From positions 20,125,885 through 20,189,884 of the forward strand of contig NC_057746.1 in the NCBI RefSeq assembly GCF_004010195.1: a stretch of DNA of 64,000 nt, given 5' to 3'. Below are positions 1 through 13,200 of the stretch, piece by piece. Each line of letters begins with the position of its first letter. The stretch's first letter is position 1. The position numbers and the translations under genes are program-made. The notes under the pieces were generated by a model. It made no database searches. It was not told the origin of the DNA and was given only the letters and a program-made list of their open reading frames with translations. This DNA comes from Chiloscyllium plagiosum (taxonomy: Eukaryota).

Positions 1-1779
1 GCAGCATTCTCCCCCTCCCCCTGCACCCCCCCCCCCCCTCCCCCCACTCCCTTTATGCGGCAGACTTCAGTTAATCACTCAGCATAGCTTCCACTACCAG
101 TGAGGCGATCGCAGTGCAGTGATTTGTTCAGTCAGGGAAAACCTGTCTGAATCTGGTCCAACAGGTTACACGGTCAGGAAAACTGCATGGATTAAGGAGA
201 GTCCCCATTTCACAATGAGCCTTTTCACAATGTCGTTCAGCCCTAGCCAACTATGAGGCCCCTCGATACTGCTCCTCCATTCAATAGGATCACAGCTGAC
301 TCCTCACTTCCATTTTCCCGCCCTTTCCCCCTAACCATTCCATTCTACTCATCAAGAATCTACCTATTTCAGCCTTAAATATACACAAGGCATCTGTCCC
401 CACAGCTCTCTGAGGAAAGGAGTTCCAAATATTCCACCCTCAGAGCAGAAATTCCTCATCTCAATCTTCAAGTGGTTCTCCTTTACTCCGAGATGATGCT
501 CTCTGGTCCTTGAGTTTCCCAGAAGGGGTAATGTCTTCGCTGCATTTATCCTGACAACCCCCCCCTTAAGAATCCTATCTGTTTCACTGAGATCACACCT
601 CATTCTTCTAAACTCCAGTGAGTAGAGTCCCAACTGTTAAATCTTCGCTCATAAAACAATCCCTCCATACCAGGGATCATCCTTGTGAACCTTCTCTGAA
701 CTGCCTGTAATGAAACGAGACGACTCCTTAAATAAGGGGACCAAAACCTCACATTCGCCTTCCACGTCATGTATGTTGTTGCTAATTTTCCATCTGAACC
801 ACCTCCTCACTTGCCTTATTTCACTCTTTTCACACAACCTTTCATTCCCCTCTTTCTTCACCTATATAGCCAGCTCCCTCTCAAATACTCATTGACGTAA
901 TGGCGAGATCCACACAACTCGCTACCCTCTTTGGGGGTGAAGAGTCCCCTGCTGGATTTGTGACTGGCTGTCTTCTCTTGATGACCACCTAGAGCCATAG
1001 AGATGTCCAGCACGGAAACAGACCCGTCGTTCCAACTCCTCTGTGCCGACCAGATCTCCTAAACTAATCTAGTCCCATTTGGCCAGCACTTGGCCCACAT
1101 CCCTCGAAAGCCTCCCTATTCATATACCCATCCAGATGCCTGTTAAGTGTTGCAATTGTACCAGCCTCCACCACTTCCTGTGGCAGCTCATTCCATACGT
1201 CTTTCGAATTCCCCTGACGGTGGGATCACTTTCCCCAGGACCACCTCATCGAGCCCTTTGGAAACCTCAAAGCACTCTTCGAACACCATCGTCTTCCCTT
1301 TCCTGAGGGGAAACAGACCCAGTCAGGTCGGTCTTTCCCGACAGTTGTGACCTCGCGATTGTGGCCTCATCCTTGTCCGTAACAAATTGGAGCAGGAGTA
1401 GACCCGACAGCCCTTCTAGCATTCTTCACCGCTTGATAAGACCGTGCCTGATCTGATTGCGTGCTTAATTCTTCTTCCTGCAAGTCCCTTGACTTCCCCC
1501 ACTCCCCCACCCCCACTCCCTGTCAATCAAAGATCTGTCCAATTCTGCCCTTAATATATTCAATGACCCAGGCTTCTCTCTGGGCTAGAAAATTCCAAAT
1601 ATTAATCCAGCTCTGGTGGAAAACAAATCCTCTTCACATCAGTCTGATGCAGCCGGGAGACCCCTTACATTTAAACTGTGGCCCATAGTTCTCTATTTCT
1701 CCCCTGAAGGGAAACATCTTCTCTACCCTGCCGAGATTCCTCAGAATTGTACAGGTTTAATAAGATCACCCGTCTTCCT

Positions 1780-2030
1780 TCTGTCAATCTGTCCATCTTC
1801 CTTCCCACCTATCTGCTCCACCCTCCCCTCCGACCTATCACCTTCACCCCCCCACCTCCATCCACCCATTGCCCTCTCAGCTACCTTCCCCCAGCTCCAC
1901 CCTCCCCTCCCATTTATCTCTCCACCCCCGAGGCTCCTGATGAAGGGCTTTTGCCCAAAACGTCGATTCCCATGGTCTTCGGATGCTGCCTGACCTGCTG
2001 CGCTTTTCCAGCACCACACTCTTGACCTTA
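1780..2030 (+). mobile_element. Penelope-derived end with degenerate hammerhead motif (related copies ~5065-5145, 19010-19135, 21505-21630 (-), 29055-29120, 59345-59430, 59640-59905, 62745-62835)
   Basis: Recurrent CTGATGAAGGGCTTTTGCCC(G/A)AAACGTCGATT...GGATGCTGCCTGACCTGCTGCGCTTTTCCAGCACCACAC and related variants. Confidence 0.65.
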
Positions 2031-3289
2031 ATAAGATCAACTGCTCCCCCCATCCTTCTCAACTCCAATCAGCAATGAAACCATCTACTCAACCTTCCAT
2101 CATAAGACACCTGAGCAAACCTTCTCGGAGTTGCTTTCAAAGCATCTCCCTCCTTTAGTCCGGTCACCTGAAACTGTAATATGGACAGTGTGGTCCCACT
2201 GCGGCTCAGCACTTAAGGAAGACTGTAATGTTTGAACTTTCAGTCTTATAAGGACATGAGAATGAGGAGCAGGAGTAGGCCGTCTGGCCCTTCGAGCCTG
2301 CGCCGCCATTCAGTAAGATTATGGCTAATCTTTTTTGTGGACTCATGGTGTTTTCGCTACGTCCCTTAATTCCTTTATTTTTCAAAAAAGTATTTACCTG
2401 AGCTTTGAAAGCCATTACAGAAGTAGATGAGATGAGATTCCCTACAGTATGGAAACAGATCCTCTGGCCCAACAAGTCCACACCGACCCTCCGAAGACTA
2501 ACCCACCCAGACCCAGTCCCCTACCCTATATTTACCCCTGACGAATGCACCTAACACCATGGACAATTTAGCACGGCCAATTCACCTGACCCACACATCT
2601 TTGCGTCAACTACTTCCCTGGGAAAGAAATTCCACAGATTAACAACTTTCTGGGTGAAGAAGTTCCTTCTCAGTTTAGTTCTAAACCTGCTCCCTCATGA
2701 GGCCATGACTTCTTGCACTTGTCTCACCTACCAGTGGAAACATCCTCTGTATTTCTATTTTGTCAACTCCCTTCACAATTTTCTGTGTTTCTATAAGATC
2801 CCACCCCCTCATTCTTCTGAATTCCAATGAATGTAATCCCAGTCTACTCAGTCTCTCCTCATAAGTCAACCCCCTCAACTCCGGAATCAACCCAGTGACC
2901 CCCCTCTGCATTTCATTTTCTACTTAAAACTAAGAAGGTCTGCAGTGTGTAACTTTTAACCTTATTTCGCATGTTTTACACTCCACTCTAATTACTCCAA
3001 TATTCAACTTTTAACTTTGTTCTTTCATTCTACCTGGTTCCCTCTGCACCCTAGGCACAACAAACTACCCCCTCACCCCCTCCAGACCCACTGCTGACCT
3101 CTGGGGGTGGCGGGCATGGTGCCCCATACGGACTGCCCACTGGACACAGCAGCACCCCCCCTCAGTCCTCCCACATCTCCCGCACATCTCCAGCCAACCC
3201 ATTACCACCATGACACTGAACTATGTCAACCCCACCCCACCCAACCCAGGGAAAAGGAGGATGTGGGGGGGGGAGTGGGGATTGGGGTG

Positions 3290-4880
3290 GTGGAGAATGG
3301 GGGACTCGCTCCCATGGGGGGGTAGAATGGGGGACTCGTTCCCATGGGGAGGTGAGGGTGGAGAATGGGGGACTCACTCCCATGGGGAGGTGAGGGTGGA
3401 GAATGGGGGACTCGCTCCCATGGGGGGTGGAGAANNNNNNNNNNNNNNNNNNNNNNNNNNNNNNNNNNNNNNNNNNNNNNNNNNNNNNNNNNNNNNNNNN
3501 NNNNNNNNNNNNNNNNNNNNNNNNNNNNNNNNNNNNNNNNNNNNNNNNNNNNNNNNNNNNNNNNNNNNNNNNNNNNNNNNNNNNNNNNNNNNNNNNNNNN
3601 NNNNNNNNNNNNNNNNNNNNNNNNNNNNNNNNNNNNNNNNNNNNNNNNNNNNNNNNNNNNNNNNNNNNNNNNNNNNNNNNNNNNNNNNNNNNNNNNNNNN
3701 NNNNNNNNNNNNNNNNNNNNNNNNNNNNNNNNNNNNNNNNNNNNNNNNNNNNNNNNNNNNNNNNNNNNNNNNNNNNNNNNNNNNNNNNNNNNNNNNNNNN
3801 NNNNNNNNNNNNNNNNNNNNNNNNNNNNNNNNNNNNNNNNNNNNNNNNNNNNNNNNNNNNNNNNNNNNNNNNNNNNNNNNNNNNNNNNNNNNNNNNNNNN
3901 NNNNNNNNNNNNNNNNNNNNNNNNNNNNNNNNNNNNNNNNNNNNNNNNNNNNNNNNNNNNNNNNNNNNNNNNNNNNNNNNNNNNNNNNNNNNNNNNNNNN
4001 NNNNNNNNNNNNNNNNNNNNNNNNNNNNNNNNNNNNNNNNNNNNNNNNNNNNNNNNNNNNNNNNNNNNNNNNNNNNNNNNNNNNNNNNNNNNNNNNNNNN
4101 NNNNNNNNNNNNNNNNNNNNNNNNNNNNNNNNNNNNNNNNNNNNNNNNNNNNNNNNNNNNNNNNNNNNNNNNNNNNNNNNNNNNNNNNNNNNNNNNNNNN
4201 NNNNNNNNNNNNNNNNNNNNNNNNNNNNNNNNNNNNNNNNNNNNNNNNNNNNNNNNNNNNNNNNNNNNNNNNNNNNNNNNNNNNNNNNNNNNNNNNNNNN
4301 NNNNNNNNNNNNNNNNNNNNNNNNNNNNNNNNNNNNNNNNNNNNNNNNNNNNNNNNNNNNNNNNNNNNNNNNNNNNNNNNNNNNNCTCACTCCCATGGGG
4401 ACACAGGGGTGGAGAATGGGGGACTCACTCCCATGGGGACACAGGGGTGGAGAATGGGGGACTCACTCCCATGGGGACACAGGGGTGGAGAATGGGGGAC
4501 TCACTCCCATGGGGACACAGGGGTGGAGAATGGGGGACTCACTCCCATGGGGACACAGGGGTGGAGAATGGGGGACTCACTCCCATGGGGACACAGGGGT
4601 GGAGAATGGGGGACTCACTCCCATGGGGACACAGGGGTGGAGAATGGGGGACTCACTCCCATGGGGACACAGGGGTGGAGAATGGGGTCTCACTCCCATG
4701 GGGACACAGGGGTGGAGAATGGGGTCTCACTCCCATGGGGACACAGGGGTGGAGAATGGGGGACTCACTCCCATGGGGACACAGGGGTGGAGAATGGGGT
4801 CTCACTCCCATGGGGACACAGGGATGGAGAATGGGGTACTCGCTCCCACAGGAGTGGAGAATTGGGGACCCGCTCCCATG
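3290..4880. repeat. G-rich 38-bp minisatellite (CTCACTCCCATGGGGACACAGGGGTGGAGAATGGGGGA) spanning an N gap
   Basis: Period 38 visible at 4386-4830, with degenerate copies left of the gap (3435-4385). Confidence 0.95.
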
Positions 4881-7800
4881 AGGGGTGGTGAGGGGATCGA
4901 ATGGGGGACATGCTCCCTCAGGGATTAGGGGGAAGGAAACAGGGGACTCACTCCAGTTGAGTACACACGACAATAAAATAAATTTAATCTCAATCAGAAA
5001 ATGCCAAATCCCCTCAATACCCGTTTGTAATGTGGTGAACTGGAACTGTGCACTGTGCTCAGTTCTGAGGAAGGGTCACTCGATCTGAAACACTATCTCT
5101 GATTTCTCTCCACACGTGCTGAGCTTTTCCAGCAATTTCTGTTTTCGGAACTCTGCACAATCATCTGCGAAGGGCCTAGTTTCACAGCTTTAAGGACAAC
5201 ATTTGCCTCCCAGATGTTGGTGGGAGTCTGGAAGGTACTGCCTGGGGTGGGAACTGAAGTGGGAGACCTCCCAGACTTGAAAAAGTACTCAGACGAAGTG
5301 TCGTAACATTCAAGGCTATGGGCGGGAAGGTGGGACTAGCGTCGGCAAAGACAGAAGGGGCTGAAAGGCCTCTCCTCTGCATGTTTCAATGACATGGAGA
5401 GTGGGAGTGAGGCGAGGCGTATAACCTAGATTCGACCAGAATCTCGAGTGGTTTTTGTTCCAGTCAAATTGCTTTGCTGACAGGAAGTTTGTTAACCAGA
5501 AGTCACAGAGGTGACAGAATTGGCTGAAAACACGCGGGGAGAGAGGAAGACTATGTTTTTGCTTTAAACGGCGGGACGCGGTGGTCTGGATTGAGCTGGA
5601 GTGGCGGCTGGGCAAAGCATTCAGGACGGTAACCTCCAAATGATGGAGCCACTGAGTTCCCGAGTCGTACACCGAAGAGGGTGAGGGTTGCCCAGCACCT
5701 CTCAGGGCACCAGGCATCACCCGTTGTGGTTTGCAAATTTGGAGCAGGGTGCACACGCACCCGGGCAGCGAGATCTGGGGCACTGTCACCCAGAGCGACG
5801 CGCCACATGAAAAGTTATCAGAGAGACTCGAACATCCAGGCCCAGAGAGGACTGCACTAGGTCAGACAGCCACAGCGCTTGGTCATAACGGAGGGTTCCC
5901 ATCGAGGGTCTTTCAAGGAGGGTAAGGGGTTGGCAGGGGATCGTAGGACTCAGGGCGAGATGCAACTGATGAAGGCAGTGGCTGGGGTCAATTAAAATAC
6001 TCAAAAGGCAGGAATGGGATGAATGCAGATCATCTTTGTAGGAGCGGGAGGGGGGGGGGGGGTGATTACAGAAATGGTTCTGAGATGGGGAGAGGAGTCC
6101 CTTGCGAGGAGATTGGAACCCAAGCCCGCAGAATCGTCAGCATCCCGTCGGACTGCGGACACCCCGGTATGGGTGGTGGGGGCTGTTTGGAACAGTCAGC
6201 ACGAGGGAGATGCCCCCTTATATCCAACGAGGGGGGGGGGGAAACGCCAACAGAACGGATTGTGCTGCAAGACTCCCCAGCAGGAAGAAAGAACTAAACG
6301 GCATTCCTGATTTCCAGCTCGTGCCTGAATCCTGAAATGGCAAACCTCAGCTTCATCCTGCCCTGTGCCTCACAATGCCCCATTGCCTGCTCGCTCCAAT
6401 TTACTCCGAATCACAAGGACAGAGTACAGGAGGTGGCCATTCAGCCCACGCCAATGCTCCCTCCCCTTCGGAAAAGCAATCCAAAAGTCCCACTCCCTTC
6501 CCCGAAGAAGACTCAAAAGCCTGAACTCTCTGTTTCTTCTCTCTCTCCACAAATGCTGACTTACTGGGGGTTTTCTTTTGGTTACCGTTGACGTTGCACT
6601 GCCTCGCTGCCCTTTCCCAACAGCTCTGCACCTTTCTCCTTCACATCAAGTAGTTAGGCATTTCCCTTTCCGTTGGGGGGGGCTGCGAATCTACTCTGTA
6701 CTTGAAATGCCACAGCACGGAAACAGGCCCTTCGGCCCAACCAGTCCACGCCCACCATCATCCCAAACTCAATCAGTCCCACCTGCCTGCTCTCCAAGCC
6801 TTTCCTGTCCAATGTCCACCATTTTCTCTGGAAGTTCATTCCACTTTCTGCATTAAAAAAAGACTGACCCTTATGTCTTTTCTAAATCTCTCTCCTCCCA
6901 CCTTAAAAATATAACCTCTAGTCTTGAAATTCCCCACCCGAGGGAAAAGACATCTGACATTTACCTTATCAGAACCCCTCGTGATTTTATGAACCTCTAT
7001 AAGGCCACCCTTCACCCTCTTACACTCCAAAAGTCCCAGTACAACCAGTCTCTCCAAACCCTCTTCTGAACTCTTTCAGCTTAATAATATCCTTCTCATA
7101 ACAGGGTGGCCTGAGCTGTACACGGTAATCCAGGAGAGGCCTCACCAACACTCAGTACAACATGACATCGCAACTCTTACAGTTAAAGGTCGCAGCAAGT
7201 TCCAAGGCTTAATAGGCTATGGATCAAGTACAGGTAAACGAGAGGAGGGCAGTTTGGGTAGAGTCATAGAGATGTACAGCAGAGAAACAGACCCTTCAGT
7301 CCAACCAGTCCATGCCGACCAAATATCCCAACCCAATCTAGTCCCACCTGCCAGCACCCGGCCCATTACCTCCAAACCCTTCCTATTCATATACCCATCC
7401 AAATGCCTGTCAAATGTTGCAATTGTACCAGCCTCCACCACATCCTCTGGCAGCTCATTCCATACATGTACCACCCTCTGCCCCTTAGGTCTGTTTTATA
7501 TCTTTCCCCTCTCACCCTAAACCTATGCCCTCCAGTTCTGGNNNNNNNNNNNNNNNNNNNNNNNNNNNNNNNNNNNNNNNNNNNNNNNNNNNNNNNNNNN
7601 NNNNNNNNNNNNNNNNNNNNNNNNNNNNNNNNNNNNNNNNNNNNNNNNNNNNNNNNNNNNNNNNNNNNNNNNNNNNNNNNNNNNNNNNNNNNNNNNNNNN
7701 NNNNNNNNNNNNNNNNNNNNNNNNNNNNNNNNNNNNNNNNNNNNNNNNNNNNNNNNNNNNNNNNNNNNNNNNNNNNNNNNNNNNNNNNNNNNNNNNNNNN

Positions 7801-8174
7801 NNNNNNNNNNNNNNNNNNNNNNNNNNNNNNNNNNNNNNNNNNNNNNNNNNNNNNNNNNNNNNNNNNNNNNNNNNNNNNNNNNNNNNNNNNNNNNNNNNNN
7901 NNNNNNNNNNNNNNNNNNNNNNNNNNNNNNNNNNNNNNNNNNNNNNNNNNNNNNNNNNNNNNNNNNNNNNNNNNNNNNNNNNNNNNNNNNNNNNNNNNNN
8001 NNNNNNNNNNNNNNNNNNNNNNNNNNNNNNNNNNNNNNNNNNNNNNNNNNNNNNNNNNNNNNNNNNNNNNNNNNNNNNNNNNNNNNNNNNNNNNNNNNNN
8101 NNNNNNNNNNNNNNNNNNNNNNNNNNNNNNNNNNNNNNNNNNNNNNNNNNNNNNNNNNNNNNNNNNNNNNNNNN

Positions 8175-8505
8175 AATCAGTCCTTGCCTTTCCAAATACA
8201 TGTACATCCTGTCCCTCAGGATTCCCTCCAACAGCGTGCCCACCACTGAGGTCAGGCTCACCGGTCTATATTTCCCTGGCTTGTCTTTACCGTCCTTCTT
8301 AAACAGTGGCACCACGTTTGCCAACCTCCAGTCTTCCGGCACCTCACCTGTGACTATCAATGATACAAATATCTCAGCAAGAGGCCCAGCAATCACTTCT
8401 CTAGCTTCCCACAGAGTTCTCGGGTACACCTGATCAGGTCCTGGGGACTTATCCGCCTCTAACCGTTTCAGGACAGCCAGCACTTTCTCCTCTGTAATCT
8501 GGACA
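8175..8505 (-). mobile_element. CR1/HER1-type LINE ORF2 fragment (continues across the gap to a 3' end at ~7260-7541)
   Basis: Translation KSPGPDQVYPRTLWEAREVIAGPL..VPEDWRLANVVPLFKK..YRPVSLTSVVG is the CR1 pre-RT region. Confidence 0.9.
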
Positions 8506-9811
8506 TCTTGCAAGATGTTTAGCGTAAACATGATGAGAAAAAGGCCAGATTCTGTGCTGCACGAGTCTATTCCAGTCTGCAACAGCAACCCCCAATCACT
8601 CTTAAAATTCCCCTTTGCTTGGAAAACAGCCACAGCGTGCCCGGTCAACTCACAAGCTTCCAAAGGAAATCCCCTTCCTCCAGTCACTTCCTGGTTTCCT
8701 CTCTGGGGACCCGGGGCTATTTGGAGCACTGTCATCCTTCCGAATTGGGATTGCAATCCCGAAGGAGGGATTTGGGCTGAGGCCGGGGGGTTGTCACTGG
8801 CAGGAAGAGTGATCGCAGGAGGTGGAGCATGCAAGGGACACTTTGCTCGACAAGGAGGGGGCGTTTGTTACTGCACTGAGCTCCAACTAACCACTCACAT
8901 CAAACACTCACGGCAGGTTGCGGGTTGGAGGCCTTGGTTGGGAGGGGGGGTGGGGAGGAAGTTTGTCTGTGTCTGTGAGACCGAGCTCCTAGCTGCAATG
9001 TTGTAGGCTTTGACACGCTCTCTAAGTTGAGGGATACAGTAACCTTGAGGCATTGGGAGCAGAATCACTGTCCAATTAATTCTCCACTCGGGCTGTTTTA
9101 CAAACCAAGCCACCTCACTGACTGTGTTGTATGAGATGAAGTGCTTCGGACCGCGAGGTTCTGCCATATTTGAACTGTTACTTCCTGCCTCTTTAACAAA
9201 TGTTTTATAGAATCCCTACAGTGTGGAAACAGGCCCTTCGGCCCAACAAGTCCAATCCAACCCTCCGAAGAATAACCCATCCAGACCCATTCTCCTACCC
9301 TATTACTCTACATTCCCCCCCCTGACTCATGCATGTAGCCTGCATATCCCTGGACACTATAGTCAACTTAACGTGACCAACTCACCCAACCTGCACATCT
9401 TTGGACTTTGGGAGGAAACCGGAGCACCCGGAGGAAACCCACACAGACACGGAGAGAATGTGCAATCTCCACACAGGCAGTTGCCCGAGGCTGGCGCCGT
9501 GAGGATGCAGTAAAACGATGAAAGAAACGATGCCGTTTCAAGGAAGGCCGGGGGTTTGTCCCGGCTGACGTTCAGGAACCCTTTTAAACGGGTTCAGTTT
9601 TGGCACCGCTTTCTGGGACGGGCGTGGGCTGGCGCCGTGAGAGGCGCTACAGAAATGCAAACGCTCTCCCACTCTCACTCTGTTTCATTTCCTTTGGCGA
9701 GAGGGCAAGATGACACTCGTTTTAGCACAAACACTGCTGTGTAAACTGCCTGAGGAATCCCAATCACCTGATGATTGTGTGGAAGGGAGGGTGAAGGGGT
9801 CAATAGGTAGT

Positions 9812-9846
<35 letters not shown>

Positions 9847-10104
9847 TCAGCCTCTCTATTCTGCTGCTCTATTCCACCGATAAATAACTGATAACTCTGT
9901 TTACCTACTTGAACAGAAATGATAACGCTGTTTATCTCAGCTAATCTTCTGATTTGTTTGCATAAATCAAAATTTATTGATCCACGCCAACTGATGATCA
10001 GCAACCGCAGATTTGTTTTTGGGGGGGGTGTGGAGGGAGGGAAGAGAGAGTTTCATATTTCCACACTGCCCTGGGTGTGAAAAATACCAACCTGATTTTG
10101 ATTT

Positions 10105-10250
10105 AGAGATGCCGGGGTTGGACTGGGGTGTACAAAGTTAAAAATCACACAGCGCCTGATGAAGGAGCGACGCTCCGAAAGCTAGTGTGCTTCCAATTAA
10201 ACCTGTTGGACTATAACCTGGTGTCGTGTGCTTTGTAACTTTGTACAACC
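10105..10250 (+). mobile_element. Short palindromic Penelope-like-element end containing a minimal type I hammerhead ribozyme motif (10153-10187)
   Basis: Inverted ends TGTACAAAGTTAAAAATCACAC / GTGTGCTTTGTAACTTTGTACA. Internal CGC-CTGATGA-A-GGAGC(GAC)GCTCC-GAA-AGCT-A-GTG. Confidence 0.7.
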
Positions 10251-13200
10251 AGATTTCGCTGAGGAACTATTCCCAACCCCTTGCCTTTAGTTCTCTCCCC
10301 ACTCCCGCTGCTGGTGGAAACACGTTCCCGCTGCCTGACTTTATTCACTTCCATCAGGTCGGTGTCAGGCCCAAGTTTTTACAACCTGTCTTTATGACTT
10401 GGTCCTCTGTGCGTTCATTGTGACCTGACCTAACGTTGCTGAGAAGACTTTATATCCCTGCTCATGTCACTCCCCGGACCCAACTGCCGCATCACCTATA
10501 ATTCCAGGATGTAACCATCCCCAATCTTGCAGCAATTGGTGCAAAATCCTCAAGTGTGCCTCAGCATTTGGTTCTGGTCTCTCCCCCCGTCCATTGTTCC
10601 AATTTTCCACAGTCATCGAATCATAAGAAACCCAACAGTGTGGAAGCAGGGCATTTAGCCCATCGAGTCCATACCGACCCTCTGAAGAGAATCCCACCAT
10701 CTCTGTAACCCTGCATTTTCCCACCTTGCCTGCACATCCCTGGCCAATCCACCCGAGCCTGGACCTCGTTGGACTGCAGGAGGAAACCCCCGCAGACGCG
10801 AGGAGAATGTGCAAGCTCCACACTGACCCTCCAAAGACCCGAGGGTGGACTCGTACCTGGGTCCCCGGCAGCGTGAGGCAGCAATGCTAACCATGGAGCC
10901 AACGTGCCGCCCCCAAATCTGCCAGCACTTCTCTTCCCATCATCCCCACTAAATCCGTCACGGCTCATTCAGCAGCTGGTTCCCTGCTCTCTGGAGCACC
11001 GCAAGGTCTCTACCAAGCCACATGCCATCCTAACCATAAAACACAGGAGCAGAATTCAGTCCCCCAAGTCCACCGATACATTTCTCAACCCCATTCTCCT
11101 TCCCTGTAACCCTTTATCTCCTGACTAATGAAGAACCTACCTCTCTGTCTTAAATACATTCAAGACTTGGCCTCTATAGCCTTCTGCCATATTGAGTTCC
11201 ACAGATTCACCACCCTCTGGCTGAAGAAATTCCTCCTCATCTCTGTCGAAGGGTTAACACTTCAGTCTGAGCCTGGGCCTTTCAATCCTGGTCTCTTACT
11301 GGTCCCCCTATCTTACTATCCACATCGACTCTATCCAGGCCTTTCAGTATTCCCCGACTTCCTTTCAAATTCCATTGAGTACGGTAACATTCCTCAAGTG
11401 ACAAGGCCTTCATGCCTGGGATCATTCTTGTAAACGTCCTTGGACCCCCCTCCAATGTCAGTATATTCTCCTTTAGAACGGGGGGGTCCAAAACCGCTCA
11501 CAATACTCCAAATGTGGTCTGACCAGCACCTTATACAGTCTCAGCAGTACACCTCGGCTTTTGTATTGTAACCCTCTTGAAACGAATGCCAACATCTCCT
11601 TTGCCATCCTAACTTCTTGTTGAACCTGCAAGTTATCCCTACAAGAGTCCTGAGCTAGGACTTCCAAATTCCATTGTGTTTCAGATTTCCAAAACTTTTC
11701 CTGTTTAGAAAATAGCCCAAGCCTCTCTTTTTATAAAAAAAAAAGAATCCTTAACAGTGTGGAAAAAAGCCATTCAGCCTATTGAGTCCACAACCCTCTG
11801 AAGAGCACCCCACCCAGACCCACCCTATCTCTGTACTGCCCATGGCTAACCCACCTAGTCTGCACATCCCTGGACACTATGGGGCAATTTAGCATGGGCC
11901 AATCCACCCTAACCTGCACATCTTTGGACTGTGGGAGGAAACTGAAGCATCCAAAGGAAACCCACGCAGAGACGTGTGAAGAACGTGCAAACTCCACACA
12001 GAACAGTCGCCCCGAGGCTGGAATCAAACCCAGGTCCTTGGTGCTGTGAGGTAGCAATGCCAGCCACTGAGCCACTGTGTCACCCCTAGTCTTCCTACCA
12101 AACAGCAAAACCTCACCCTTTCCCCAATCTGCCACTTTTTTGTCCAATCTCCCAACCAGTCTGCAGCCTCCCCACTTCATCAACACTACTGGACACAGAC
12201 CACCATATCGCTGAACATTCACTTGTCACTGGGTGACAAACTCAGAATCCCCTCCCTAACAGCGCTGCGGGTCTCCCTGCACCTCACAAAGACTGCAGCA
12301 GATCAAGAAAGGCTCACCACTACCTTGTCCAGGGACACTTGGGGACGGGCACTAAATGCTGTCCAAGCCAGCGACAGCCAAATGCCACGTGGGAATTAAA
12401 CCTTGTCCTCTAACTACTTCCCTCTGGTAAAGTGTTCAAAGTGATTTCAAGGATGTGGCCAGGTTTGGAAGGTTTGAGCTATAGGGTGAGGCTGGATAAG
12501 TTTGGGCTGTTTTCCCTGGAGTGTTGGAAACTGAAGAGTGACTTTGTAGAGGTTTATAAAATCATGAGGGGCATGAATAGGGTGAATAGTCAAGGCCCTG
12601 GGGTAGGACAGTTCAAAACTGGAGGGTGTAGGTTTAAGGTGAGATTTGAAAGGGCTTCAGGGGCACTATTTTCACACAGAGGGTGGTGCGTGTATGGAAC
12701 AAGCTACCGTGGGAAATGGTGGAGGCTGGTACAATGACAGCATTTAAAAGGCATCTGAATGGGGACGTGAATAGGAAGGGTTGAGAGAGATATGGGCCAA
12801 TTGCTGGCAAGTGGGACTAGATTAGTTTAGGATATCCGGTCGACATGGATGAGTTGAACCGAAGGGTCTGTTTTTATGCTGTACGTCTCCATGATTCTAA
12901 ACGGGACTAGATTTATTTAGGATATCTGGTCAGCATGGATCGAAGGGTTTGTTTCCATGCTGTACATCTCCCTGGCTCTAAGTGCAACTGTCCGACCCAA
13001 CCGCCAAACCTTCACCCAGGTCCTATGTTTCTGTTTCCCTTCACATACCTCACTAAAGAAAATCTATAAGCACAGATTACTATTGATTGTGGTGAGGACA
13101 ATTCATTGCAGGGTCTGTACGATATGATGTCGGCCAACATTAGTCATTTACAGACTGGAGTGCAAACACAGATCATTGCACTCCCTAGTCAAGTCTGTAG

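Noticed and set aside
3210-4928. 500-570 aa ORFs here and others spanning N runs (7403-8834, 16730-17563, 34448-35659, 58283-58901)
   Set aside because: Length comes from X residues across gaps plus repeat translation.
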